Below are positions 1 to 9,954 of a stretch of 20,000 bases of DNA, piece by piece. Each line of letters starts with the position of its first letter. The first letter of the stretch is position 1. A program made the translations under genes and the position numbers. Source of the DNA: Asterionella formosa (Eukaryota); contig NKIB01012822.1 in the NCBI GenBank assembly GCA_002256025.1, positions 50,030 through 70,029 of the forward strand. The letters are read 5' to 3'. The notes under the pieces are model-generated. The model was not told the DNA's origin, did not search any database, and saw nothing but the letters and a program-made list of their open reading frames with translations.

Positions 1-1486
1 GGGAGACGGCTTCAATCACAGAATTCAAGACGGCGGCTTCGTTTCCAGCAGAAATTGTTCGACTGTAATCAAACTGTGACAAGGGCTTGCCACGAGTATC
101 TTCAGGCGTCATTTGCATGAGTCTAAGGTATTCCAACAATTCCACAGGATAACGATCTGCATAACAAGGAAAGTCCACCATTTTGTCGCGTCCAGAGTTT
201 TCCAAGAATGCAATCTTCTCTTCAGCAAGTGGATCAACAGGTACATCCGTGTCAGCAATTTCCTTGACAAAAGATTCCGTTCTAGGTGCAATGGCAACTG
301 TCACATCTACAGAATTGAAAGGGTTTCGTTCCACAGCAAACCCGTACAGCAACAATAGGTCAGCATTCGACTTTGGTCCGTATGAAATATAAACTTGTTC
401 CATACGTCGGTATGATCGATCTGCGTAAAGAATGACTTCTTCGTCTCCTGTTTTGAACAACCAGTCTCCCGATTCGCGTGCATCGATGTAAGCTTGAGAA
501 AAGGGCGAATGATTGATCAGGTCAGCATATGGAACCATGGCAAGGGTTTCACCTTGACGTAGGTTTCGAAGACGAATTGCACGCGAAAACAGCATCGTGA
601 ATGCCCATGTCCAGTTTTCTCGAGAAAAAACCTGTAACGCAAACAAAACGGGATTAGAAAAACACATGGCCATCTTCAAGCCAATCCCTTCGTCCGCCGC
701 ACCTACCTCTGCGGGAAATCTCTCTGGGAACTTAGCAATCAATCCCGTCGGTCCACCAAGCAAGGCTTCATACTCACGCGCAAGCTTCATTTGAAGACTA
801 CGTGTCGCTGCAATAACCGGAGAACCTTCCAAGAATTTCAAGTCTTCGTCACTCCACGTAAAAGTCGGGTTGACTTCATCTATTTCTGGCAGCACTCCTA
901 CATATGCCTTCCAGTCCGATTTGTCTCCCATTAAGTACTTTTCATGAATCAGCTGACACGCAATGGCCAGATATTCGTTAATCTCGGCAGGCAGGGCATC
1001 CTTGCCAATCGCCTTGCGAGCCGACCTTTTCGTAAAGCACATGGACATTGGAATCTTCAGTAGCTCGTCTCCATCACTGACATCGCGTCGAGCCAAGAGT
1101 CCCCGACCAGAGGATTCGTTGGTAATTTCATCCCTCGTTTCCGTCGAAATGGCCATGGGATGAGGCGCTTCTCCCCATGCGGACATTTCGCTCAAATACA
1201 CCTCGCCATTCTCTTCCAGCCACTTGACCAGCTGAGCGTTGGCGGAAAGCTTCGGGTTGTCGACTCCGCCCTTCTTGAGGAGTCCCTTCATTTTCATTTC
1301 GGCTTCAAAGTCGCCGGGCAAAGCGCCGTTGGCATCATCTAGGGCCTTTAACCATTCGGATTCGCCGCCTTCTGCTCGAAGAAACGAGGAATATCTGGCG
1401 ATTCTGCAGCTGCGCGCCGGAGCGGAAAAGGCCGAAGCTGTGGAAAGCAACAAGACGATTGGGAGGACTCTGGATTCAACTCTCAT
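1..1486 (-). CDS. Plastid-targeted SET-domain lysine N-methyltransferase (Rubisco LSMT-like); 3' end lies outside the window. Exons 1486-707 and 631-<1
   Basis: Manual translation from ATG at 1486 gives MRVESRVLPIVLLLSTASAFSAP (signal peptide + ASAF motif), then GRGLLARRD, LLKIP, WKAYVGVLP, WAFTMLFSRA, LAMVPYADLINH and EQVYISYGPKSNADLLLLYGF. These are typical LSMT/SETD3-family SET motifs. The ORF track lacks it because the frame has no stop inside the window. Confidence 0.9.
   Translation of the reverse strand, partial: MRVESRVLPIVLLLSTASAFSAPARSCRIARYSSFLRAEGGESEWLKALDDANGALPGDFEAEMKMKGLLKKGGVDNPKLSANAQLVKWLEENGEVYLSEMSAWGEAPHPMAISTETRDEITNESSGRGLLARRDVSDGDELLKIPMSMCFTKRSARKAIGKDALPAEINEYLAIACQLIHEKYLMGDKSDWKAYVGVLPEIDEVNPTFTWSDEDLKFLEGSPVIAATRSLQMKLAREYEALLGGPTGLIAKFPERFPAEVGAADEGIGLKMAMCFSNPVLFALQVFSRENWTWAFTMLFSRAIRLRNLRQGETLAMVPYADLINHSPFSQAYIDARESGDWLFKTGDEEVILYADRSYRRMEQVYISYGPKSNADLLLLYGFAVERNPFNSVDVTVAIAPRTESFVKEIADTDVPVDPLAEEKIAFLENSGRDKMVDFPCYADRYPVELLEYLRLMQMTPEDTRGKPLSQFDYSRTISAGNEAAVLNSVIEAVS
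632..706 (-). other. Predicted spliceosomal intron (75 nt) in the SET methyltransferase gene
   Basis: Minus strand GAG|GTAGGT donor, CTAAT branch-like motif, pyrimidine-rich TTTTGTTTGCGTTACAG acceptor. Splicing joins ...RFPAE to VFSRENWTWAF. Confidence 0.75.
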
Positions 1487-1500
1487 CGTTCAGCGTCGTC

Positions 1501-1562
1501 AGGTCAGGTTAGGTCAGGACAGGACAGGACAGGACAGGACAGGACAGGACAGGACAGGACAG
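1501..1562. repeat. Pentanucleotide microsatellite (AGGAC)9 preceded by degenerate AGGTC/AGGTT units
   Basis: Read directly: perfect AGGAC x9 at 1516-1560. The array begins about 15 nt upstream of the SET gene ATG. Confidence 0.95.
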
Positions 1563-1689
1563 TGGGACATAGATGTATGTAGGGTATGTGGAGGCGAGAC
1601 GATGGAACAAGCATCAAGCAAGCGATGATGATTGAGACGCTTCGAAACCACCTGGCTCGATCATTCAACCGTACTGTTCGGTATCTGAA

Positions 1690-1819
1690 TACCGGCACCT
1701 GGTACCAGTACTGTCGTCATATATTTATAAACCTACTTACCGGTATGTATTGTGTAATGTTGCTTAGACAGATACTATACACTGGTGCCTGGTACCTGGT
1801 ACCTGGTACCGGTACCAGG
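1690..1819. repeat. GGTACC/(CCTGGTA)n palindromic motif cluster 1
   Basis: GGTACC at 1701, 1791, 1798, 1805 and 1811; TACCGGTA at 1738. Confidence 0.9.
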
Positions 1820-2071
1820 CAAGTTGCGGAAAAGCAATGAGAAATACAGCTATGTTTTCATGATAGTAAAAACCGTCTTTTACCGCAACTCCGTACAGGA
1901 CCTACATACATCATATCCTCATTATTGCTTCTTTCTGCCTGTACATCACCATACTTCGCGACGGTTCTGTTAGGCTACAAAAGTCAGTCCCCCTTGGTGG
2001 TGGCATGTGCTGGCTATTCTCAAATATTCCATTCGAATGATCCCAAACAAGCATTGGATTGAAGCCCCAAG

Positions 2072-2992
2072 ATGAAAGACATTGATCACATTCCGACGCT
2101 GACGGATGAAGAAAAGGATGATCTCTCCATCCAAGCGCACGATCAAGCAAAGGATGCAGTGGATGTGCTTGAATCTCCTGATGAACAGGACCACCATTCG
2201 GAAGAACTTTTTGCCGACACGTTTTCTGTGGGTGATCATGTCTACAAGTGGTACTCATTCGCTGGTATTCCCTACATGTCTCAACACCACGGGATTATTT
2301 GGGAAATGGACGAGAACACTTTGACTATTGCTGACTTTCACAACATGATTCGCAGAAATGAGGAGTACCCCAAATTCCTGGTGGTCTCACGTGGAAATTT
2401 ACGACTGACAGGGGACGAATCGGCCAAGAAATGGAATAAGGTGGAATATGATGCTTCATTATGGAAACGATCCCTGTGGAGATCAGGAACATGCACAGCT
2501 GCCAAGGCAGATCCGCCAGGATTAGTCATGGCTAGAGTACAATTTTTGATGGACATTGCAGACAAACTTCCCAACTTTCATTTTCTCAAGGCTAATTGTG
2601 AATGTGTAGCTGTATGGTGCAAAACAGGAACGTGGGCAACGCTTCAAGCTTCCTCCTTGCTGCATGCCGCTGCGGCTGGACAAGTGAAATCTGCGACAAC
2701 ATTGGCCCTCTTCGCGTCGTCACAAACAGTCGCTGTCCCATCCGCTGGGATATGGGGATGGTTGGGTTATACAACCAAAGTATCCTTAATGGCTACACAA
2801 CCATGGATTTTGCCAGCCCTTGCCGGATACGGGGTGGTGACAGTGGGTGGGCCAGTTTGGATTTTGGCTAGAGCCAAATCGTTTTGGAGCACTACGACAA
2901 CAAGATTAAATAAGGAGTTCTGGGAATCGGCAATTGATCGGCCCGAGTTGTTTGCGGAATGCATCACTGAATGGAGTCAGATAGAGACTTGA
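2072..2992 (+). CDS. LRAT/NC-domain protein (permuted NlpC/P60, HRASLS-like), 306 aa
   Basis: GDHVY...QHHGI H-box and NCEC NC-box. GTCTAAKADPPGLVMARVQFL resembles plant NC-domain proteins. The C-terminal part is hydrophobic and Ala/Gly-rich. Confidence 0.85.
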   Translation: MKDIDHIPTLTDEEKDDLSIQAHDQAKDAVDVLESPDEQDHHSEELFADTFSVGDHVYKWYSFAGIPYMSQHHGIIWEMDENTLTIADFHNMIRRNEEYPKFLVVSRGNLRLTGDESAKKWNKVEYDASLWKRSLWRSGTCTAAKADPPGLVMARVQFLMDIADKLPNFHFLKANCECVAVWCKTGTWATLQASSLLHAAAAGQVKSATTLALFASSQTVAVPSAGIWGWLGYTTKVSLMATQPWILPALAGYGVVTVGGPVWILARAKSFWSTTTTRLNKEFWESAIDRPELFAECITEWSQIET

Positions 2993-3423
2993 AAATATTA
3001 GCTAAAAGTTGTGGCTGAAATCAGCGGTATCACTCCCTAGGCGAGCCGAACGTTTTATCGGCTTGATGGAGAACAAGAAATCGCACAACTTGACCACGAT
3101 TAGGATTTGCTATTTCATTCATCGGCATGTATTGAATCGAGGTCAGGCATCTGATTGAAATTCTGTGATCAATTTCAAGTAAAGTCGAAAAATAGTAAGA
3201 CGAGGTTGTATACACGTTGCTATTTACGAATCTTGACATATTGTATCACTGATGCTGCTAAGGAAAGTTGATTCGAGCTAGTAAACCTGTTGTTGATGAG
3301 TACCGACTGTTAACTTCTTGCCCTATACCAGTATTCTTCTCTAATCAGAGGCACCTAAAAGTTGTGGAAGAAAATTTTTGTTAGTGGTTATTGGACATGC
3401 ACACTGGTTGTCATTGCTCAAAA

Positions 3424-5623
3424 TTATTCTTCAGAGTCTCCAGCCAAACCCAAATCCTTCAAGATCGTAAAACACCGCTCGCCTAAATCGTCAATGGCGG
3501 CATACTTGGCTGCGAGAATCCTTTCTTCAGCACGGCTCCGTGGCATCTTAGGTACACGCATAATGGCGGGACCACTTGGGACAAGAGCAAGGTTGGCTTC
3601 TGAAGCGAAACGAGCTGCCATTAGTGCTCTGGCAGTCATCTCGTCCTTTTTAGAGTCAGAGTGAACCTTGACCTTCTCAGAAGGTCGAGTCAATGCAGGT
3701 GCGACGACTGCTTCTACCTGCAGCGCCGCTTCCGCCTTTTGAACCATCTCTGCAAGTGCCCTGGCTTTCTCCGCAATTTGAGCTGCCTCTACACGAAAGT
3801 TGGCTGTCACAGCGTTTTGAGTGTCAAAAGCAAGCGATTTGGCCAGTTCAACCTTTCGATTTGACTCTGGAATCGTCGCTCTAACCACCATTGGTTCGGC
3901 CTTCATACCCATTGCAATAGCCTTAACCTCCTTTTCCCTTAGCTTCCTATCAAGGACTGTTAACATCTTACCTCCAGTTTCTGCTGCTAATTTAAGTTCG
4001 CGCTCCAAAGACTCTTCAGCAAGTTTCTCCATCAGTTCTTCATCAAAGCTCTCAGTGGCATATTTGACCTCCAATTTGGCATGCTCGGCCAAGAAATCGA
4101 AGACGATCGACCGAAGAATAGTAGTTTCGACTTTTCCGCGGATCATGGCTTCATCGATTTCCTCTCCTTTTGCATCTTTCTTAATGGCTTCAATCTGTTC
4201 TTCAATCTGGTAGTCAGGAACCTCAAGTCCTTCAATACGAGCAATCTCATCAGTGGCCATGGACACCTTGAAGTCCCTGACAATATCGTCCTTGACAATC
4301 TTCTTGTACTTCAAAAAATTCTCAGGTTTGATCTGTTTCTTGATTTCCTCATCGGGGAGACCATTATCACGCATTTCCGTCATCATCATGGCAAACTTTT
4401 CACGAGCTTGGTTTGTTACGAGAGTATCAGGAACTTCAACGTCCATAACTTTCGCCAAAGCAGCAGATAGGGCAGCATTGCGAGCACCAACATATTCCTT
4501 GGAATCTTCCGAGTCCACAGCTTTTCTAAGTTCGAGCGCGAGAGTTTCTGCAGTGAGACCAGGGCGGACCATGTTGGCAAATTCGTCCGTTACATCAGGA
4601 AGACTGCGGTGGGAGGCCTCTAGGATATCAACGTCAAAGATAGCCTTTCTGCCAGCAAGGGACTTGTCGCGAAGTATCTAGTTCAAATAATTGTTAGCAC
4701 ATCGCTTGAATGCAGATCATTGACAAATTACAGTGGCAAATGATTCTTACCATGGGGAACTCCACAGTCACAACACGAGATTCTCCAACCTTGGCACCGA
4801 CAAGACCTTCTACTAAACCCACCATGTAGCGTCCAGTGCCCAGTACAATTTCCACATTGTCTCCAGATGCTGCATTGGGAAGAGGATCTCCCTTGCTACC
4901 ATCATCTTTCGCCATGTATCCAACCATGTTGACACGACAGGCATCACCTATAGCCAAGATGCTACCTTCGGCGGCAGGCTGCAAGGTAGCATAACGTTCT
5001 CTTAAATCATTCATGGCCTTATCCATTTTCTCTTGGTTGAATGGCTTGCGTGAGTAAGATCCCGTTAAACCGTAGTATGGCTTGCCGCCGTTGTCTTCAG
5101 CCCACTGGATTTCTGGCCATACGTCGCACTTGACTAGGAGTTCGACGTCTTCCCCTGGACTAAAGGTTGCAGCAAGGTCTTCTACGGGAACAACAAGAGA
5201 AGGCTGCCCAATTGGCTCTAGACCATGTTCGTCCTTTAAGGCAGGCCCGATCAACTGCCCCAAAAGCGAATTAATAGCTTCCACTCTAAGGGCATACCTG
5301 CCTCCCTCCTTGCTTGACATGCACTGCTCCAAAACTTGCGGCGGAATCCGGGCCCCTTTACGAAAGCCCGGAACGACGAGTGTCTTGGAAAGCTCAAAAC
5401 ACGCCTTGTCATAGGCAGCTTGGGTGGCCTTGCCAGGGATCTTGAGAGAAATCTCTACGGCAGAGTCAGGGAGCCGACTCAAGGTTGAGGATCCCTCTGC
5501 CGCAACCCAGAGTTGCACGGCATGACGTGCAAAGGCTGGATGGCTAGGGCTAAAGGCGACGGCGCTGTTGGACGCGGCGAGGGCAACAACGAACGCAAGC
5601 GCGAAATTGGATATACGGACCAT
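3424..5623 (-). CDS. tig: Plastid trigger factor (ribosome-associated chaperone/PPIase), about 708 aa. Exons 5623-4751 and 4677-3424
   Basis: Signal peptide + SAVAF|SP presequence; ribosome-binding motif VPGFRKG; FKBP-like segment (LGTGRYMVGLVEGLVGAKVGE...FP, then LAGRKAIFDV); C-domain (VEVPDTLV, IARIEGLEV). One intron joins the two listed ORFs in frame. Confidence 0.92.
4678..4750 (-). other. Spliceosomal intron (73 nt) in the trigger factor gene
   Basis: ATG|GTAAGA donor, CTAAC branch motif and TAG acceptor. Splicing gives ...VEFPM-ILRDKSLAGRKAIFDV. Confidence 0.85.
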
Positions 5624-5954
5624 TTCTTCTTTCTTGAGAAGTGATGGATGTGACGGTAGTTACTATTGATGAGGATAGGACAGGGCGATAACAATAGCGA
5701 GAAGTAGACTTGTCTGTCTACTCAAGCAATGGAGATCTGTTCGAGTTTGTTGATGGCAAAGTGATCTGAAGACAACACCTCTATTACATATGTCATATCA
5801 TGACCCTCGCTTTGATGTTTCCTTACAAATAAAACAGATGGACGGACGCGGGCTGTATTCACATCCTAACATCATGCGTCACTCCCCGCCTCCTCCAGTG
5901 GTTACTCTACCAGTATAGCTGTATGGAGTTGTACAGTAAGTACACAACGAGACA

Positions 5955-6243
5955 GTACCTGGTACCTGGTACCCTGGTGCTGTACCAGGTACGTGTATGG
6001 TACTGGTACTAGGGAGTGAGCGATGGCAGCAGAGTTCAGGCCAGCCGCCCTACATACCAGGTACCGGCATACAACTCCCCATGTACAGTGTAGTAACCAT
6101 GACTATGTATCTATGTATTGATATACCGGTACCTGGTACCAGGTACCAGGTACACATTATCATAAGGTACGTATCGCCAGTTATCATGAGGGGTGGTCGT
6201 AATAAAATACATTTGTACAGGACTAACCTGGTACTGGAGTACC
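5955..6243. repeat. GGTACC/(CCTGGTA)n palindromic motif cluster 2
   Basis: GGTACC at 5961, 5968, 6060, 6128, 6135 and 6142; perfect 20-bp palindrome at 6128-6147. Confidence 0.9.
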
Positions 6244-6397
6244 ACAGAACAACTGACCTTCCGGTTCATGGCCGAATGAAGCAATTCTGAGGATTCATCC
6301 TGGATGATGGTGTAGTAGGAGAACATACTGGTACATATTATTACATAATCGTAGAGTGGAGGATCGTATTCATTCCATTGCCACAAATGATATCACC

Positions 6398-7327
6398 ATG
6401 AGCGCTTCCAAGGCTTTCCGCAGCCACTTGATGCAACAGTTCGCGGCTGTAGCTCGGACTCAAAGTCGCCCTCCACTAGCTTTGTCGTGTTCAAGCTCGA
6501 CAAGGCGCCATCAGACGAGCTCTTCATTATTGAACGTTTCTGATCTGTTGGAGCCAAGCACGTTTCAGTTTCAGCAGGCGAGCAAGAACGCAAGTTCTGC
6601 AAAGAGGCATGACGCAGTCGAGCAGGAACAAACAGGAAACGATCAGGAACAATCAAGAATCGATCAAGGCTTGGCAGAAGTCTCGGAAGCAGCATCAACA
6701 TTCCAGTCCACACTGTTATCTCGACGGACTATCTCTAACTTGACTCCTATCCCACCAGCCATGCTCAAGTCCTCGCTCGATCGAGCAATACTGTGTGCTC
6801 AAAATGCACCAAATCATAAGCAGACCGAACCCACCTTCTTCAAGCGAATTATATCGCCATCTCCAGCCATTGATACCCTAGCTCAGATTGCCTATAATGT
6901 CACATACAATAGGAAGTTGCAAAGGGATCCGGAAAATGCAAAACATTTAGCAACGAGGAAGCGAGACAAGTGGAGTCAAATACCAGCATATTTAGTAGTG
7001 GCCATCAAGAATCAGCCACCCCAATGTGTTGAGGATGAAGATCCATACCAAGAACTTGACTTTGTACCACCCAAAACAGAGTTGCAACTTGAAGACTATG
7101 CTTCGTCATGCGCTGCTACTCAGAACATTCTTCTAAGTTTGCATTCAGAAGGCATCGGAACAAAGTGGGCAACAGGACCAGTCATCAAGACAAGGTCCTT
7201 CCGCTCTTTGATTGGGTTGACCGATACCGATCGAGTGGTGGGACTCATTATGGTGGGAGGCATTGGGTTCAACCCCGCACCACGTAGGCGACGCCAGGAA
7301 TGGACAGACTCTGTTGAGGATTTGTAG
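6398..7327 (+). CDS. Nitroreductase-family flavoprotein, possibly with a mitochondrial presequence (309 aa)
   Basis: LLSRRTI, AQNAPNHKQTEP, EDYASSCAATQNILLSLHSEGIGTKWATG and VVGLIMVG match the YdjA-like nitroreductase fold. The N-terminus from ATG 6398 is Arg/Ser-rich and acid-poor. Confidence 0.88.
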   Translation: MSASKAFRSHLMQQFAAVARTQSRPPLALSCSSSTRRHQTSSSLLNVSDLLEPSTFQFQQASKNASSAKRHDAVEQEQTGNDQEQSRIDQGLAEVSEAASTFQSTLLSRRTISNLTPIPPAMLKSSLDRAILCAQNAPNHKQTEPTFFKRIISPSPAIDTLAQIAYNVTYNRKLQRDPENAKHLATRKRDKWSQIPAYLVVAIKNQPPQCVEDEDPYQELDFVPPKTELQLEDYASSCAATQNILLSLHSEGIGTKWATGPVIKTRSFRSLIGLTDTDRVVGLIMVGGIGFNPAPRRRRQEWTDSVEDL

Positions 7328-7992
7328 ACTTGTACAATTTTCTGAGAGGAATGAAGCAAAAAATTCTTGAACAGCATTGCAAAGACCGAAAAATGGGCAG
7401 TGACCAATTTCTGGGGATTTGCTTCAAATGAACCTAGGTTACTGTTGCAATTCCAAACTTCGCCATGACTACCGGTAAGGAGCAAACCAAGGCCATGATC
7501 GTGACACAAACTTCATTCCATGTTACCTATTACGAGGGAAGTGGAAGTAGAAGTAGAAGTGGCAACGAATTGAATTCGTTGGATGCAAGCGAAACTGGAA
7601 TAGCTTCTACGTTTGAGGCACAAACTGATCGCTACAGATTTTGAATTGTTACGTTGCACTGTCCATTATTCCAATCCGTTTAAGGAGCCATCCAATATCA
7701 GGAATAGGAGACTAGTGCAGATAGAGAAATAATCAAGTATTGATGCCTCGAATTCATTGCTAAACAACCATAGAGAATGTCAAATTGCTCCCTCATCATT
7801 TTTGGCGTCACAGCGATTAGAGTTCGTGTCATGTTGTTTGACCTAAACAATATAGGTGAAATTTGGTAACAACTACATCCATGATGCCGACAAAGCTATG
7901 TATTGTTCGTTAATTTATCTCGGAGCAAAATAATCCTTGTTTTCGATTTCTAAATTATACAACTCTTTCACTCTTTAGTCAATGACAGAGTC

Positions 7993-9954
7993 CTAATGAA
8001 ACGTTGGAATATCAGTAACCCAATCTGCTCTATCCGGTAGTTCATGATAAGCTTCCAACAAACGCTTGGTAATGTCGCCCATTTTACCACTTCCAATCAC
8101 GTGTCCATCAATCATAGTGACAGGTGTCAGCTCATCAAGAGTTCCAGCAGAAAACACTTCGTCCGCCGATAAAAATTCCTCCAACGGAATTCGCTTTTCC
8201 TCAGTTTCAAGTTCAAGTTCCTTGGCCAATTTCAAGACAGTCGATCGGGTAATATCATTGGCAGGAGGTGTCATCAACACACCATTCTTCACCATGAACA
8301 AGGAAGCCGAACTTGTCTGGCTAACATAGCCATCAATATCCAGCATGAGTGCATCAGCAACTTTCGCCTCGTTGGCTTGAATCTTAGGCAAGATATTGTT
8401 GATCATGTTGTGGTGACGAACATTTGGGTTCATGCATGCAGGAGAGCACCTTTGATCAGCCGTAATCAAAACAATACCGCTGGTGTGAGCGACTGGTTTC
8501 CATTCGGCAAGAACTATCAACGTCGTTCCATAGATATTGAAAGTCGGATTCATCGACGAACAAGACTTTTCGCCTCTGGTATGGCACGTGGATAGTTACA
8601 TGTGTGAGCACGAGATGATAAAACACAAAAAATCAATCGCAACAAAACTCCCTCCCCCGGCGACACCACAAACAACGTACCTGGTCAAAGTCACTTGAAT
8701 GTATACTCCATCCCGCATTCCGTTGGCTGCCAGCGTTCTAAAAATTGCTTCCTTCACTTCTGCCTTGGAATGCACAAGGTGTCCATTATGTCCAAATCCC
8801 AATGCCTCAGCTGATATGAATAAGCCATCTAAATGTTCCTCTAGCTCCAGTAGCTTGCCGTCATAAAGACGAATTCCTTCCCAGCAAGCATCTCCGCCTT
8901 GAACGGACGAGTCCCAAGGACTAACCGAGGCAAAGTCACGCGGGAGTAGCTGTCCCTTGCCCTGTGGCCCCCCGACCCAAACCAACAGTCGCATGTTGTC
9001 AGGGTTCTCATGCACTGTCGTTCTTCGGGCACGACTTGTCAAGGACTTGAGGTAGAGGTAGGCCGGCATCGATGCCGTCAGCGCGTCAATGTAAATGGGA
9101 TCAACGGATCGGTATCGTCGTTGCGGTGTCATTTTATTTTCTTGCACCCAACCGCTCGACTTGTGCAGGTCCTTGTACCACCACGGGGCCCAGGGTCCAT
9201 CGCATTCGTGAGGCCCACTCTCCCAGGTCAGCATCTCGGTTGTCCAAGGAATTTCAAGTTCACTACACAGAGCCGCGAGTGTTTGCTCCGGATCCGACAC
9301 AATGTCGTCCGAATCCAAAAAGACCATTTTGCTCTTGGATGCCGGACGCTTGGAGTAGATTCCCAACATGGGTACGATTCCCACTTGTTCAATCGATACA
9401 GTATTTCCGTGCACTTCGCCGTTGACTCCCCAGCTGGAAAGGACAGCAACGGGATCGCGGAGCAACAAGACGTGCTTATGAACGATATGCACTGTTTCAT
9501 CAGGATTCTCCAACACGGACACTCGCTCTACCTTATCTTCTTCGAACATAGTTTCTTGCTTCGCCAAATGCTTGACAAAAACCACACCTTCTGGCTGGTT
9601 CTTCAGCTTGGAAATGGCACTTTCAATTCGAACAGTAAAATCCAATAATTCCTGAGGCCACTTCCACTTATCACATTCTGCAGTCCCGACAGGAGGAATG
9701 CCGGCAATGAATTCGTCACGATAAGGCCGCAGCATGTCGGATTTAGATTTGTGAAACAAGCGAGACAGGGGTTCATCAATCGCCACACAATCCGATCGAG
9801 CTTCAAAGCTGTAAAGTAGGGCGGTGGAGCGCGAGCGAGGAGCTGACCAGCAGTGAATAACGGTGACATTACGCGTCGGGACATGAGGTTCCGCACAGTC
9901 CCCCGAGGCAACGGTGGAAGCGATTGACGATTCGTCGGTTGAATTTGGCGACAT
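7993..9954 (-). CDS. Branched-chain aminotransferase-like fusion protein: N-terminal sulfotransferase-like domain + class IV aminotransferase domain, about 618 aa. Exons 9954-8681 and 8575-7993
   Basis: N-domain: WSAPRSRSTALLYSF, DEP, FVKH, LLRDP, MLTWESGP, DGPWAPWWY. C-domain: DSSVQGGDACWEGIR, LTRG (across the intron), DALMLDIDGYV, ITR, ADEVF, IDGHVIG. This architecture is known from plant BCAT-like proteins. Confidence 0.88.
8576..8680 (-). other. Spliceosomal intron (105 nt) in the BCAT-like gene
   Basis: AG|GTACGT donor and CAG acceptor. It contains the in-frame TAA at 8596-8598. Splicing restores TLTRGEKSCSSMNP. Confidence 0.85.

Noticed and set aside
1788..1819. (CCTGGTA)n as interstitial telomeric repeat
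   Set aside because: It does not match TTAGGG-type repeats, and the orientation flips within arrays. It cannot be supported without chromosome-end sequence.
4694..4750. Trigger factor and BCAT-like genes seemingly split into two ORFs (frameshift or pseudogene)
   Set aside because: Canonical GT-AG introns at 4678-4750 and 8576-8680 restore continuous conserved reading frames.
5997..6290. Short ORFs with VPGT/YQVPG/WYLVP peptides in intergenic regions
   Set aside because: These are translation by-products of the GGTACC arrays.
9010..9648. 212-aa + strand ORF and similar antisense ORFs (e.g. 1239-1628, 3821-4213, 4253-4681)
   Set aside because: They are shadows of well-supported genes on the opposite strand and have no recognisable motifs.
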